Shown in pieces: positions 14,943 to 25,140 of a DNA stretch of 64,000 nt. The notes under the pieces are model-generated. The model did no database searches. It saw nothing but the letters and a program-made list of their open reading frames with translations, and was not told where the DNA came from. The stretch lies in the sequence record LT603033.1; one strand, written 5' to 3'. The position numbers and the translations under genes are program-made. Each line of letters starts with the position of its first letter. Position 1 is the first letter of the stretch.

Positions 14943-15371
14943 ATGGAATTGAGATCTAGTATTGCTTTTATTTGTGACCAAGAAACTTTAGAAGTTATGG
15001 ATGTATTGTTGAACGATGATGGTATTATGGATGACATGGTATCTTCTCTTGACTATATACCTGAGCTAGAAACGGATGATACTAACGTATGGAGATGTAA
15101 TATTGATAGTGATTCTTGGATTAATATCTATGAATTACAGACACGAATTGATTCTAAAGTAGAATCATTGAAATATGATATCATCTATGCAAGTACTGAC
15201 ACGAAAACTTTTATTGATGTAGTAAGTCTAAGTGGTAATTTTGATTCATATCTGGATACTGATGTAGATAAAATTCAAGAGATGTGTGAAACTTATGGAC
15301 TTGAATTTTATGGGGTAGAAGACCAAGATGATGAAGAATATTATGATGACGAAGAAGATTCGCAGTACTAA
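14943..15371 (+). CDS. Acidic hypothetical protein
   Basis: ORF with SD, preceded by GGGATA-N16-TATAAT (14881-14908). Confidence 0.7.
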   Translation: MELRSSIAFICDQETLEVMDVLLNDDGIMDDMVSSLDYIPELETDDTNVWRCNIDSDSWINIYELQTRIDSKVESLKYDIIYASTDTKTFIDVVSLSGNFDSYLDTDVDKIQEMCETYGLEFYGVEDQDDEEYYDDEEDSQY

Positions 15372-15380
15372 GGAGATGAC

Positions 15381-15878
15381 ATGAACGTATTAACACCTGA
15401 AAATAATTCTTTTGACATGGATTTAGTAACAGAACATATCCCTGAAGAAATGTATTGTGTTTTGGATCTAAGCCCAAATGGTGAATCTGATTTTTATTTT
15501 AGACATATTCTAAACACCGTATCATTTAATAGTATTAGTGCTGATCTTCAAATTGGTGAAAAGATTATTCAAGTGCCTCTAGGATGGCAAATTATGTTAG
15601 GTGATGAAGAAACTGGTATGGTTGAGATGTGTACAATTGAAAACATTCTTAACATGAAAGAACCAAAAGCTTTTGTTTACAATCCTATCCGTTCAATGTA
15701 TCCTAAGTTTGAACCAGTCAAAGTACTACGTGTATTTGCATTAACTACAAAGTGGCAGATACCAATGTTACCTAAAAAGAATTTACTATGCGTCCCACTA
15801 CATAGTGGTGAAAATCCACCATGTGTGTACTTTGCAGATGAAAACGAAAAAATTCAAGATTTGTATCTAGGAGTATAA
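15381..15878 (+). CDS. Conserved hypothetical protein
   Basis: GGAG SD; beta-rich; no function recognised. Confidence 0.75.
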   Translation: MNVLTPENNSFDMDLVTEHIPEEMYCVLDLSPNGESDFYFRHILNTVSFNSISADLQIGEKIIQVPLGWQIMLGDEETGMVEMCTIENILNMKEPKAFVYNPIRSMYPKFEPVKVLRVFALTTKWQIPMLPKKNLLCVPLHSGENPPCVYFADENEKIQDLYLGV

Positions 15879-15882
15879 AATA

Positions 15883-16728
15883 GTGTTTGATTTCAGTGAT
15901 ATTAAAAATAAGTCGGTCGATGATGATGAAAAACCAACACAGCATTCTTTTTCTATTGCTGAATTTCTAAAACACATTGACCGTGCTGATTATAAGTACT
16001 ATAATGACATGACCGAAAAAGAACGAAAAGAGTTTACTCCATATACTGTTTTGCGATGGGTAAGCTCTTTAGATGATTCGTTACAAGTAACCTACCCTAG
16101 TAGTAAAGTTGAAAGTGTATTTGGAAAATGGAAATCTGGTGGTAAAGAAGCACTGACTGAACTAGTTACTGAATTAAAGTCTTCAGGGACAAATGTTTCA
16201 TCAGTAACTAAGTACTGTCATAGTGATTATGATTGGCGTATTAAATTTGCAGTCCAATCAAAAGATGACGCACAAAAATTAATATCCTCAATGGTCGAAT
16301 TTGGCGTATCAGGTTCAGAAATTGTTTCATTAGTAGATACTGAAGTTGTCAAATACCAACTTATTATGCTAAATGATATGGTTAATGATGGATTTTGGGA
16401 TATGAAAGAACATCCAGAATTAGTATATCAGCTTATGTGTTCAGTCCATGATATGATTGGTGGACAAGAAATGCCACGTAACTGGTTAAACTTTTCTAAG
16501 AATTTCAAAAAGGCAAATAACGAATTATTTGAGTTAATTAAAAGCTCACAACCTGATACTATATCTACTCAAATGAATGAAGATGAGTACAAAATTGTTC
16601 TATTGCAGTATGATAAAAAAACATTTGAGACATTTCTTGACAATAATGGTTTTCAAGATAATGAAAAGAAATCTATGATGAAATTGTTTAAAGAAGAATG
16701 TAAAAAATATGGCAAAGAAATCAAGTAA
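15883..16728 (+). CDS. Possible clamp-loader small subunit (gp62-like) with internal insertion
   Basis: YYNDMTEKERKEFTPYTVLRW and VNDGFW..KEHPEL blocks resemble this family; the replication context fits. Confidence 0.45.
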   Translation: MFDFSDIKNKSVDDDEKPTQHSFSIAEFLKHIDRADYKYYNDMTEKERKEFTPYTVLRWVSSLDDSLQVTYPSSKVESVFGKWKSGGKEALTELVTELKSSGTNVSSVTKYCHSDYDWRIKFAVQSKDDAQKLISSMVEFGVSGSEIVSLVDTEVVKYQLIMLNDMVNDGFWDMKEHPELVYQLMCSVHDMIGGQEMPRNWLNFSKNFKKANNELFELIKSSQPDTISTQMNEDEYKIVLLQYDKKTFETFLDNNGFQDNEKKSMMKLFKEECKKYGKEIK

Positions 16729-17419
16729 TAAAGTATATACCTGTAGATTTTGTGATCGTGAATTTAAACGTGAAGAAACTGTAAACACACATAAATGTAT
16801 AAAACGTGACCGATACGAAGACCGCCAAAGCCGCCAGATGATGGAGGCTTTTCGTATATATATGCAATTTATGGAATTGAATAAGTTCCCATTTAAAAAA
16901 GGCGTAGAGCCTTTTATTGCTTTTATAAAGTCAAAGTACTTTAATGATTTTTATAGTTTTGCCGAATACTATTTGAATAATAGAGATATTATTAATGTGG
17001 ACGAGTTTGTAAAGTACTTGATTATCAATAACAAACCAATCACGGAATGGAGTACATATAAAGCAAAAGATGAATGGATATTAAAAACAATTCGTGCCGA
17101 GCACCCAAAAGAAGCAATTGCAAGAAGTGTTATCTCACTGGTTGAATGGGCTGAAAATTTGAATGTACAATGGAATACTTTCTTTGAAAATGTAAGTTCT
17201 GCCCGTGCAATTGCATGGATTGAGAGTGGTAAAATTTCACCTTGGATTATCTGGCTTGCTCCTAAAAAAAGTACTAATAAGTTTTTTAAAAAACTATCAA
17301 ACTCAGAAATTGAATATATACTTAAATACATCGATCCAAGTTATTTTGAAATCAAAACTATAAAATACAAAAAGGATTGTGATGAAATTAAGATTATGCT
17401 ATGTGAGGCAGGATTATGA
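16709..17419 (+). CDS. C2H2-like zinc-finger protein
   Basis: YTCRFCDREF.......HKC at the N-terminus. Confidence 0.65.
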   Translation: MAKKSSNKVYTCRFCDREFKREETVNTHKCIKRDRYEDRQSRQMMEAFRIYMQFMELNKFPFKKGVEPFIAFIKSKYFNDFYSFAEYYLNNRDIINVDEFVKYLIINNKPITEWSTYKAKDEWILKTIRAEHPKEAIARSVISLVEWAENLNVQWNTFFENVSSARAIAWIESGKISPWIIWLAPKKSTNKFFKKLSNSEIEYILKYIDPSYFEIKTIKYKKDCDEIKIMLCEAGL

Positions 17420-17745
17420 ATGGAAAAAGTATATATAATAAAATACCAGAAGGGTATGTACCTGTACCTAAAGAACAAAAATCAAAACAAATATCTCTAC
17501 TTAGACAAGGATCTATTACTGAAATAACTTTAGATGGTAAAACATTTCAAGTTCATGATCCTGCTCGTATTGAAAAAATTATTTCTTTGGTAGAAAGACA
17601 CGAAGAACGCTTTTTCAGTTTAAGTCAAGAATTGGCAAAGACAAAACAAAATTGTAGATTATTAGAGAATCAAATATCAACTTTGACTAATACAGTTAAA
17701 CAGTTACAGGAGCAAATAAAAAATGCAGGATTCGACCGATTCTAA
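17416..17745 (+). CDS. Coiled-coil hypothetical protein
   Basis: Heptad-rich C-terminal half. Confidence 0.65.
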   Translation: MNGKSIYNKIPEGYVPVPKEQKSKQISLLRQGSITEITLDGKTFQVHDPARIEKIISLVERHEERFFSLSQELAKTKQNCRLLENQISTLTNTVKQLQEQIKNAGFDRF

Positions 17746-18361
17746 ACATTATAGAAAAGCCCGAACTGATATTGACATTGACTTCAAGGATAGTAAAAGC
17801 GTAATCGCTAAACTTCCATGTGTGCGAAGTACTGAAAAAATTACGGAGGATGGTTTAATCCCCCATAATAGTGGTGTTCATTTTGATAATATACCTATTG
17901 ATCCAATCACTGGATTGGCAAGTATACAATATAAAGAAGCTGAAAGGTTAGGGTATCAAAAAGTTGATATTCTTTCACAGTCAGCTTACATGTATGTTCG
18001 TGATAGAGAGCATTTAAAAGAACTAATGAATCAGGAACCAAATTGGGATCTATTGTTAGAACCCGAAATTGTAGAACATCTATCGCAAATTAAAAAACAT
18101 GTAACTTTATTAAATGTATGGAAGCCTAAATCTATAGACGAACTAGCAATGTTTATTGCAATGATTCGCCCAGGAAAAAGGCAGTGCCAAAGTATGAACA
18201 CATGGGACGAAGTTAAAGCTACCATATGGGATTATAGTACTATAGGCACTGACCAAGCAGGAAATAAATTACGATATTTCAAAAAGCCACATGCTTACGC
18301 ATATAGCTTAATGATTGTTGTACAACTAAATGCTTTAGTTGAACATCTTACTTCTTCTTAA
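17723..18361 (+). CDS. Minimal DnaE/PolIII-alpha-like catalytic fragment (palm + partial fingers)
   Basis: R..RTDIDIDF, HNSGV, GYQKVDIL, AMIRPG and YFKKPHAYAY match DnaE R..MPDFDVDF, HAGGV, GLVKFDFL, ALFRPG and YGFNKSHSAAY. Confidence 0.85.
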   Translation: MQDSTDSKHYRKARTDIDIDFKDSKSVIAKLPCVRSTEKITEDGLIPHNSGVHFDNIPIDPITGLASIQYKEAERLGYQKVDILSQSAYMYVRDREHLKELMNQEPNWDLLLEPEIVEHLSQIKKHVTLLNVWKPKSIDELAMFIAMIRPGKRQCQSMNTWDEVKATIWDYSTIGTDQAGNKLRYFKKPHAYAYSLMIVVQLNALVEHLTSS

Positions 18362-18701
18362 GAGCCACATTACGACGCTTGATGCGTTTCTGTGGCAAAT
18401 TGCTTAAAGAAACTACTGGACCACATACGAAATTCACCGACGGTGTATCGAATCTCTGTGTGTACGGTTCAAATTTCTCCATCTCTTCTTGAAAGAATAG
18501 ACAAACTGGAATGGTTCTATTACTTTGCCACCACCAATCGTGTGCTATACCTAACAATTCGTCTTGCATTGAATCATCCATATCATCGAAACAGTAAAGA
18601 GTTGTATACTGTTTGCTTTTGATTTTGATGATACCAACAAACGTTTTACCATCATACTGGATTACAGTAATGAATGGTGGAATAGTGTTATATTGATTCA
18701 T
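18348..18701 (-). CDS. Conserved hypothetical protein
   Basis: WWWQSNRTIP motif, basic C-terminus; isolated antisense gene. Confidence 0.75.
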   Translation of the reverse strand: MNQYNTIPPFITVIQYDGKTFVGIIKIKSKQYTTLYCFDDMDDSMQDELLGIAHDWWWQSNRTIPVCLFFQEEMEKFEPYTQRFDTPSVNFVCGPVVSLSNLPQKRIKRRNVALKKK

Positions 18702-18758
18702 ATTAGTTCCATAAATATTAGTATAAATTTATACCTATTATTTATGGAAGGAAAAACT

Positions 18759-19736
18759 ATGGCTCATCACGGCGTGTTTATGTACCCTTATAATCAGGAA
18801 GTATCATTGGGCAATTTTAATATGCCATATAGCAATGAAAAACTAACTATATATAGAGGGGCAAATAATAATTTATCTTTTACTGTTCACAACGCTGATG
18901 GAAAATATACTTTATTGAAAGATAATGAATATCTTACATTTATGATTTTTGATGCACGAAATAATACTAAACTATTTGATGTTGTATTAGAAAAACAAGA
19001 ACCCAGTTGGTTATCAGAAAGTGGACAAGCAAGACAAACATTAGGAAATAAAAAGAAAGTATATTATGGATGTATTGTTCCAGCAGGAGTTATTCAAGAT
19101 ACCAGTCCTGGTTCAAAATATAGATGGAGCATTACTAAAGTAACAATGGATGGTTCACTTATAGAACCAACACAATATCTATATACAGGGATGAACTTTG
19201 AGGCATCAGCAGAGCTAATAATTTCAGACCAAGCAGCACCTGTATTTGTCCCCAGTACTGAAATATCAGTTAATAAAAATCCAGCATGGACAACTATAAA
19301 GCGTTTATATCATGAACCAATTGGAAATGGTATGATTGGTGAATATGATATTCTCGCATCAACTCCACTACCAGCACAAATGCAGTTTGGATTAGTAGAT
19401 GGATTAAGTAGTATTGCAATCTATTTTGATAAATTTATTGGTAGAATACAGCTACAAGGGTGCTTGTGTAACAACGTACCTAATGATAATGAAAACTATA
19501 AATGGTTTATTATTAAATTAGATGGAAAGGATTATATTGAAAATGGAATTGATTCAGAAGGTTTTCCAAAAGAACTTGACGGAATACAAGCATTTAATTT
19601 TAAAGGAAATTATATGTGGTTACGTTTGGTGGTTGCTATTCATCCCAAAATTGTTCCAGTACCATATGACTATGCTGCTGTCCGAAAAGTGTATGACCCT
19701 TTCCTAACAGTACCTAAAATTTTGATACGTAGATGA
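18759..19736 (+). CDS. Probable virion structural protein
   Basis: ATAAATA at 18711; beta-rich Ig-like pattern (IYRGANNNLSFTV); start moved to 18759 by SD. Confidence 0.55.
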   Translation: MAHHGVFMYPYNQEVSLGNFNMPYSNEKLTIYRGANNNLSFTVHNADGKYTLLKDNEYLTFMIFDARNNTKLFDVVLEKQEPSWLSESGQARQTLGNKKKVYYGCIVPAGVIQDTSPGSKYRWSITKVTMDGSLIEPTQYLYTGMNFEASAELIISDQAAPVFVPSTEISVNKNPAWTTIKRLYHEPIGNGMIGEYDILASTPLPAQMQFGLVDGLSSIAIYFDKFIGRIQLQGCLCNNVPNDNENYKWFIIKLDGKDYIENGIDSEGFPKELDGIQAFNFKGNYMWLRLVVAIHPKIVPVPYDYAAVRKVYDPFLTVPKILIRR

Positions 19737-19762
19737 GACAAAACTAGAAGGTGTGCTATAAT
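19735..19762 (+). promoter_or_regulatory. Putative middle promoter (GAGACA-N16-TATAAT)
   Basis: TGC extended -10; upstream of primase/helicase. Confidence 0.65.
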
Positions 19763-19791
19763 CATTTGTAAGAAAAGACAAGGATTAACTT

Positions 19792-20847
19792 ATGAACGCT
19801 GTACAAAACATAATGGCACAAATTATGAATGATCCAGTACCTGCGATTGGTACATGGTCACAACACAACTGTCCAGCTTGTGTGTTCAGAGGACATTCAA
19901 GGCCGGATACAAAGCACCGTGGTAATCATATGTTCAATGCAGATGGTTCCGTTTCATATAACTGCTTTAACTGTAGTTTAAAAACTGGTTGGCAACCAGG
20001 AAAATATATGAGCAAAGATATGGAGTCTTTGCTCATTTCTTTTGGTGCACAAGATAAAGAAATAGAATTAGTTAAGTTTTATATTAAAGAAATGGTTGAC
20101 AGCGGTGATTTTGCTGCACAAGAAACTGTTGCATCAAAATTGTATGACCGAGTAACAGTACGTGATTTGCCATCAAATGCAAAAACATTTTGGGAATGGG
20201 CTTCTTTACCTGAAGATAAAATTCCACAAGAATTTATAAGTGTTTTGCATAATGTCAATGAAAGAAACCCATATCTGTTAGACTTAGAATTATATTGGTC
20301 ACCTAATAAAGAACATAAAATGTATGACAGATTTATTATTCCATATTTCATGAATGGTAAAATTATTGGTTATACTGCACGACATAAATTAAAAGATCCT
20401 GGAAGTACATACAGGTTCATAAATCAAGTAAGTACTAATATACTATATAACTATGATTTATTAAAAGATGAACGAATAAAAACAATTTTAGTATGTGAGG
20501 GTCCGTTAGACGCAGCATTAATGGGTGGTGTATCTGCTAATAACTTTAAATTATCAAACGTACAGATTGATGTATTAAAAGATGCACAGCAAAAAGGTAA
20601 AAAAATAGTTATTGTTCCAGATAGAGATAAAGATGGATTAATAACTATAGACCAAGCACTTGAAAATGGATTCAGTGTTTCCTTCCCAGACTTTGGTGCT
20701 GTAAGAGAAGGTAGTACAATACGTCATATCAAAGACTTTGAAGAAGCTTGTGCACGATTTGGTAGGTTATTTTGTTTACAATTAATACATGATAGTATAG
20801 TAGATGAGCCATTTTATATTAAAGCTCAAACGGATAAATGGATGTAA
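19792..20847 (+). CDS. DNA primase (gp61-like)
   Basis: Zn ribbon CPAC...CFNC; Toprim EGPLDA and PDRDKDG. Confidence 0.9.
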   Translation: MNAVQNIMAQIMNDPVPAIGTWSQHNCPACVFRGHSRPDTKHRGNHMFNADGSVSYNCFNCSLKTGWQPGKYMSKDMESLLISFGAQDKEIELVKFYIKEMVDSGDFAAQETVASKLYDRVTVRDLPSNAKTFWEWASLPEDKIPQEFISVLHNVNERNPYLLDLELYWSPNKEHKMYDRFIIPYFMNGKIIGYTARHKLKDPGSTYRFINQVSTNILYNYDLLKDERIKTILVCEGPLDAALMGGVSANNFKLSNVQIDVLKDAQQKGKKIVIVPDRDKDGLITIDQALENGFSVSFPDFGAVREGSTIRHIKDFEEACARFGRLFCLQLIHDSIVDEPFYIKAQTDKWM

Positions 20848-20869
20848 TACATATAATGAGGGAACATAG

Positions 20870-22390
20870 ATGATTCAAAGCACAGTGGATGTGAAACAAT
20901 ATGGGATTAATGCACAACAATACTTATTATCTCAGATTTTCAGTAATCCTGATTTATATGTACGTTGTAAAAATATCCTTAAACCAGAATATTTTGATAA
21001 AACATTTCATGAAAGTATTCAATACGTGCATGATTATGCTGCAAAATATAGTTCATCACCTACTTTGAAAGATATTGAAGTTAAAGGTGGTTATCAATAC
21101 GATCAATATGAAGTTCAAGAATTACATAAACAATCAGTACTTGATACCTGTGGTGAATTTTGTCGCCATAAAGCATTAGCTTTAGCCGTTGAAAAAGGAA
21201 TGGAACTTGTCCATCAGAAAAAATATGGTGGAATCGAAGAACTAATCCGAGAAGCAATGTTGGTAACGGTACAGAATGAGTTAGGTTTGGATATTTTTGA
21301 AAACCCTGAAGATACAATCCGCTCACTCAGTACAATGCAAGGATCATTTAAGAGTGGTTGGGAAACTCTTGATTACAAACTTTTCGGTGGATTTGGGCGT
21401 AGAGAGTTAGAGATCTTTGCTGCTGCATCAGGTGGTGGTAAATCAGTAGTACTGCAAAATTTAGCAGTTAACTTTGCGAAAGCTGGAATGAATGGTGCAT
21501 ACATTTCACTTGAACTAGCTGAAGAGTTGGTTGCTGTTCGTATCTATGGTATGATGACTGAATCAAAACTCAGTAACGTAAAAAATGAAGCTGAAAAGAT
21601 TGGATTTGCTGTTAAAGTTGAAGGTAAAAACAGTGGTATGTTGCGTATTAAACGCTTACCTGAATCTGTAACAACCACAGACGATATTGAAAGTTATCTA
21701 CGTGAATTACAAATTAAGATGGAAATCAAACTTGATTATGTATGCGTGGACTATTTGGATCTATTAACTTCTAATCGTCTTGGACCAAATGATAAATCCA
21801 ATACATTTACTAAAGATAAATTTGTATCAGAAGAATTACGTGCTCTTGCATCCAAAATGGATTTGACTGTTTTCACTGCATCTCAGTTTAACCGTAGTGG
21901 TATGGACGAAGATAAGAAAAGTCAAAGTCAGATTGCTGGTGGTATTTCAAAAATTTATACTGCTGATAACGTAATTTATATTGAAGCAAAAAAAGAAACT
22001 GGCGAACTATGGTTTGATTTCCAAAAAACACGTAACAGTAGTGCAGTAGGTTCCCGTTTGCGTATGTCATATGATATTGATTCATTGAGAGTTCTTGACC
22101 ACGCAACTACAGTACAACAAATGGAAACCGAAGGTAATGGATTCCGTCACAGCGGTGTTTCTAAGATTGGTGGAGGGAACATGGCGTTACCACCCAGCAC
22201 TATGCAAACATTACGTCATTCGCTTTCTGGTGCAGCTAAATCACCATCTGTGCAACCTGACAATACAGTAACACTAAATACTGATAGTGCTCCTAACTCT
22301 ACGACACAAAACGAAATACAGAATCCACAGACACATGCTGGTACTGATCGTGTTCATGCAATGAAGCAATGGTTAAATCAAAGGAAATGA
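20870..22390 (+). CDS. Replicative DnaB-like helicase (gp41-like)
   Basis: AASGGGKS, YISLEL, VDYLDL, TASQFNR and QKTRNS. Confidence 0.92.
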   Translation: MIQSTVDVKQYGINAQQYLLSQIFSNPDLYVRCKNILKPEYFDKTFHESIQYVHDYAAKYSSSPTLKDIEVKGGYQYDQYEVQELHKQSVLDTCGEFCRHKALALAVEKGMELVHQKKYGGIEELIREAMLVTVQNELGLDIFENPEDTIRSLSTMQGSFKSGWETLDYKLFGGFGRRELEIFAAASGGGKSVVLQNLAVNFAKAGMNGAYISLELAEELVAVRIYGMMTESKLSNVKNEAEKIGFAVKVEGKNSGMLRIKRLPESVTTTDDIESYLRELQIKMEIKLDYVCVDYLDLLTSNRLGPNDKSNTFTKDKFVSEELRALASKMDLTVFTASQFNRSGMDEDKKSQSQIAGGISKIYTADNVIYIEAKKETGELWFDFQKTRNSSAVGSRLRMSYDIDSLRVLDHATTVQQMETEGNGFRHSGVSKIGGGNMALPPSTMQTLRHSLSGAAKSPSVQPDNTVTLNTDSAPNSTTQNEIQNPQTHAGTDRVHAMKQWLNQRK

Positions 22391-22393
22391 TAA

Positions 22394-22666
22394 ATGTCTA
22401 GTAAATCCAATAAAAAGAATCTACTTGATAGTATAGTTGACTATACGCCAGAGAAAGATACATTACAGAGTTTTAGTAATCGTGCCGACCACGCAATAAA
22501 CTCTGTGATTCATTTATTGGAGAGCATTGAAGATGAGTTTAACCAAACTGATGCTGAAGATTTAAAAAAACGCTTATTTCTAAGTATAAAAAACCGAGAT
22601 TATAAAAAGTTTCAAAAAGGGTTAGAGAATATAGCACTTGATGAAAAACGTAATAAAGGAAATTAA
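22394..22666 (+). CDS. Hypothetical protein, start of a head-morphogenesis cluster
   Basis: Helical ORF; ATAAAT just upstream. Confidence 0.65.
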   Translation: MSSKSNKKNLLDSIVDYTPEKDTLQSFSNRADHAINSVIHLLESIEDEFNQTDAEDLKKRLFLSIKNRDYKKFQKGLENIALDEKRNKGN

Positions 22667-22667
22667 T

Positions 22668-22832
22668 ATGAAGAAAAAGAATATCAAAGAAAATGCATCT
22701 TCTGGAGCTACTTCAGCAGGTGCTATTGCATCAGTCAGTACTGGTTTACATTATCCATTACATCGTAGATTGCCTCCTACTAACTTCTTTGGATACAAAG
22801 TCGTAGAGAAAAAAGATAAGGACAAAGAATGA
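22668..22832 (+). CDS. Small probable head protein
   Basis: IKE^NASSGATSAGAIASV; AAGGA SD. Confidence 0.6.
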   Translation: MKKKNIKENASSGATSAGAIASVSTGLHYPLHRRLPPTNFFGYKVVEKKDKDKE

Positions 22833-23221
22833 AACCATATACATTCTACACAATTCACACTGTAGTAGATATTGGTGATGGTAAAACCCCAACAATCATA
22901 GATTCTAAGTTCACTGGTGCTATGAACTTGTCTAGGTTGTTGGAAGCTATTATGGTATATGACTATCCAATGATGGTAAGCGTTGTTAAAAATGAAGTCG
23001 ATTTATATAAAGATAATAATTCATCTTTTTATAACATGCCAATTTCTTGGGGAAAATGTACCATAAGCACATTCAAATTCGCATTACCAATGGATGTCGA
23101 ACTTCGTTTGAATGGTATACCATTGGTTCTACCAACCGAATTAAATGGAAAACGAATAACAAAATTTATCACATCTGGTGATGATATTAACATTAGCATC
23201 AGCAAACAGACCTTTTCTTAA
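22829..23221 (+). CDS. Hypothetical protein
   Basis: Coupled ORF. Confidence 0.7.
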   Translation: MKPYTFYTIHTVVDIGDGKTPTIIDSKFTGAMNLSRLLEAIMVYDYPMMVSVVKNEVDLYKDNNSSFYNMPISWGKCTISTFKFALPMDVELRLNGIPLVLPTELNGKRITKFITSGDDINISISKQTFS

Positions 23222-23277
23222 TTGTGATAAATATCATAAAGCAAGACAGAGGTCTTTTTATTTTATATGGAGAAATT

Positions 23278-24222
23278 ATGGATATAAACCAAACAGCAAC
23301 TGAACTTCAAAAGTTCGCAGATGCACATAATTTGAATGTTGATGTTTCTGTTATTCTTGATAATATGGATGCAGGTGATTTTATCACTTTAAATTCTGCG
23401 ATTGATAATTCTGACAATCGTGAAATATTCCAAATTTTACAAAAATACAAAGCACAGATGAGTGAATGTTATAATTATTTTAGTACTAAAAATGTTAACA
23501 AACATATTAATGAAAGCACTGAACTTCATAGTATTGTTGATTCAATGTCACTAAAGCAATTAGCAGAAGAGTATCATAAAAATTATACATATTCAGATAT
23601 AACAAAACTAACCACACAAGAATTAAAAGCAATTGTATTTGAAGATTTACAAAATCAAGCCACACAAATGCAAGCAAAACAAATTGCTAAAATGAATGTT
23701 TCTCAGGGTCAACAACAAGTCAATCCACAAACTCAAGCTAAAATGAAACAAGCTGAGTTGCAAAGAAATGCTAATAATATGAAAGTTAGTGTTCCTGGTA
23801 CACAAAGCGGGACAGATTCGGTTGAACCTGTAGTTGGTGTTGACCCAGGACAAACACCGGAGCAATCATTAGTTATTACTAAAAGTGGGACTAAGCCAAA
23901 TGAGTTGAACGTTTTTCCTTTGAGTGATGTTAATCCTATTGATAATCAAAATAATCCAATTCGTGAAGAAAAATCTCCACAAGAAATTAACAGTGAACTT
24001 ATGGCTAATTCCAGTTTAGAGCCTGATAGTAATCCTGATACACCATCACCATTGTCACATCACGCACCTGGTATGGGCGAAATGATACATGCAATTTCTG
24101 ATATTGAAAAAGAAGATGATATCTATGGTGATGAAAGTGTTATGGCAAACACATCACAATCTGATAATGATGACATGGTAGACCAAATTATCGATTTCTG
24201 TCATCGTATGCGAGGTCGTTAA
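23278..24222 (+). CDS. Probable head core/internal protein
   Basis: ATAAATA at 23227; GGAG SD; Gln-rich low-complexity linker; INES site. Confidence 0.55.
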   Translation: MDINQTATELQKFADAHNLNVDVSVILDNMDAGDFITLNSAIDNSDNREIFQILQKYKAQMSECYNYFSTKNVNKHINESTELHSIVDSMSLKQLAEEYHKNYTYSDITKLTTQELKAIVFEDLQNQATQMQAKQIAKMNVSQGQQQVNPQTQAKMKQAELQRNANNMKVSVPGTQSGTDSVEPVVGVDPGQTPEQSLVITKSGTKPNELNVFPLSDVNPIDNQNNPIREEKSPQEINSELMANSSLEPDSNPDTPSPLSHHAPGMGEMIHAISDIEKEDDIYGDESVMANTSQSDNDDMVDQIIDFCHRMRGR

Positions 24223-24440
24223 TGAGAACAGTACTAAATGTGCATGGTCACAATACAATGGTTTCTAATGAAGAATATAAACTATTACAAAAGATAAAAG
24301 CACGCGGTACTGTTCCAGTTGAAAAGGTAAATGAATATTATCAGGAATTAGCTGATAAGATGGTATCACGTGGTGTTCTAAATAAAATAGAAAATGATGA
24401 CGGTACTGAATCTTACCAAACAGTTAGGAGTAGTAAATGA
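24222..24440 (+). CDS. Small hypothetical protein (winged-helix-like size)
   Basis: LADKMVSRGVL motif; coupled ORF. Confidence 0.6.
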   Translation: MRTVLNVHGHNTMVSNEEYKLLQKIKARGTVPVEKVNEYYQELADKMVSRGVLNKIENDDGTESYQTVRSSK

Positions 24441-25108
24441 ATTACGAATATGATCAACAATCAGTTAATCAGATGGCTGATTTGTTAAGTGGATTGAATG
24501 ACATTGAAGCTGGTGAAACACATAACGCATCGGGGGTTCCATATAAAACTGGTGGTGATATCGGTGCTATGGCTTCTATTTTAACTTCATTAAATGAAGC
24601 AGGTATGGATTATGGTGAACCACAACATCCACATATGGTTCAATACAATTCTCCGTATAATGAACATTTATCAGGGAATTCACCAGTACCTTCGCCACGA
24701 CCATCACAAGCACCTCTTAAACCAAAAACTAATTGGAGTTTAGTGGAAGAAAAAGTACAAGGTACTAAATCTACTAAAGTTTATAGCATTAAGTGTAATC
24801 ATAGTTCACAAATTATCATGAATAATATTATGATGTATGAAGCAGCACTTACATTAGTTAATCTTCTTAATGAAGGAAGAATGTTGACAGATGCAAAAGT
24901 ACTTGGTATAATCAGTTCGGGTCTTCAATACACGAATGTGATTAGTGAAGCATTGAAAGCAGCCCAGAAACGTCAACGCGTACTTAATGAATCGAAGTAT
25001 GATGAAGCAAAAGATTTAGATATAATTATTGCAGAAAAGAAAGCTGAAGCGTATAAATTAAAAGAGCGTGTATTAAACTTTCTAAAAGGCGAAGGTTATA
25101 TAAAGTAA
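24437..25108 (+). CDS. Probable head core/internal protein
   Basis: Several LNE(A/G/S) sites. Confidence 0.55.
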   Translation: MNYEYDQQSVNQMADLLSGLNDIEAGETHNASGVPYKTGGDIGAMASILTSLNEAGMDYGEPQHPHMVQYNSPYNEHLSGNSPVPSPRPSQAPLKPKTNWSLVEEKVQGTKSTKVYSIKCNHSSQIIMNNIMMYEAALTLVNLLNEGRMLTDAKVLGIISSGLQYTNVISEALKAAQKRQRVLNESKYDEAKDLDIIIAEKKAEAYKLKERVLNFLKGEGYIK

Positions 25109-25140
25109 ATAAATGAGTGATATTTTATAAGGAAATACAA

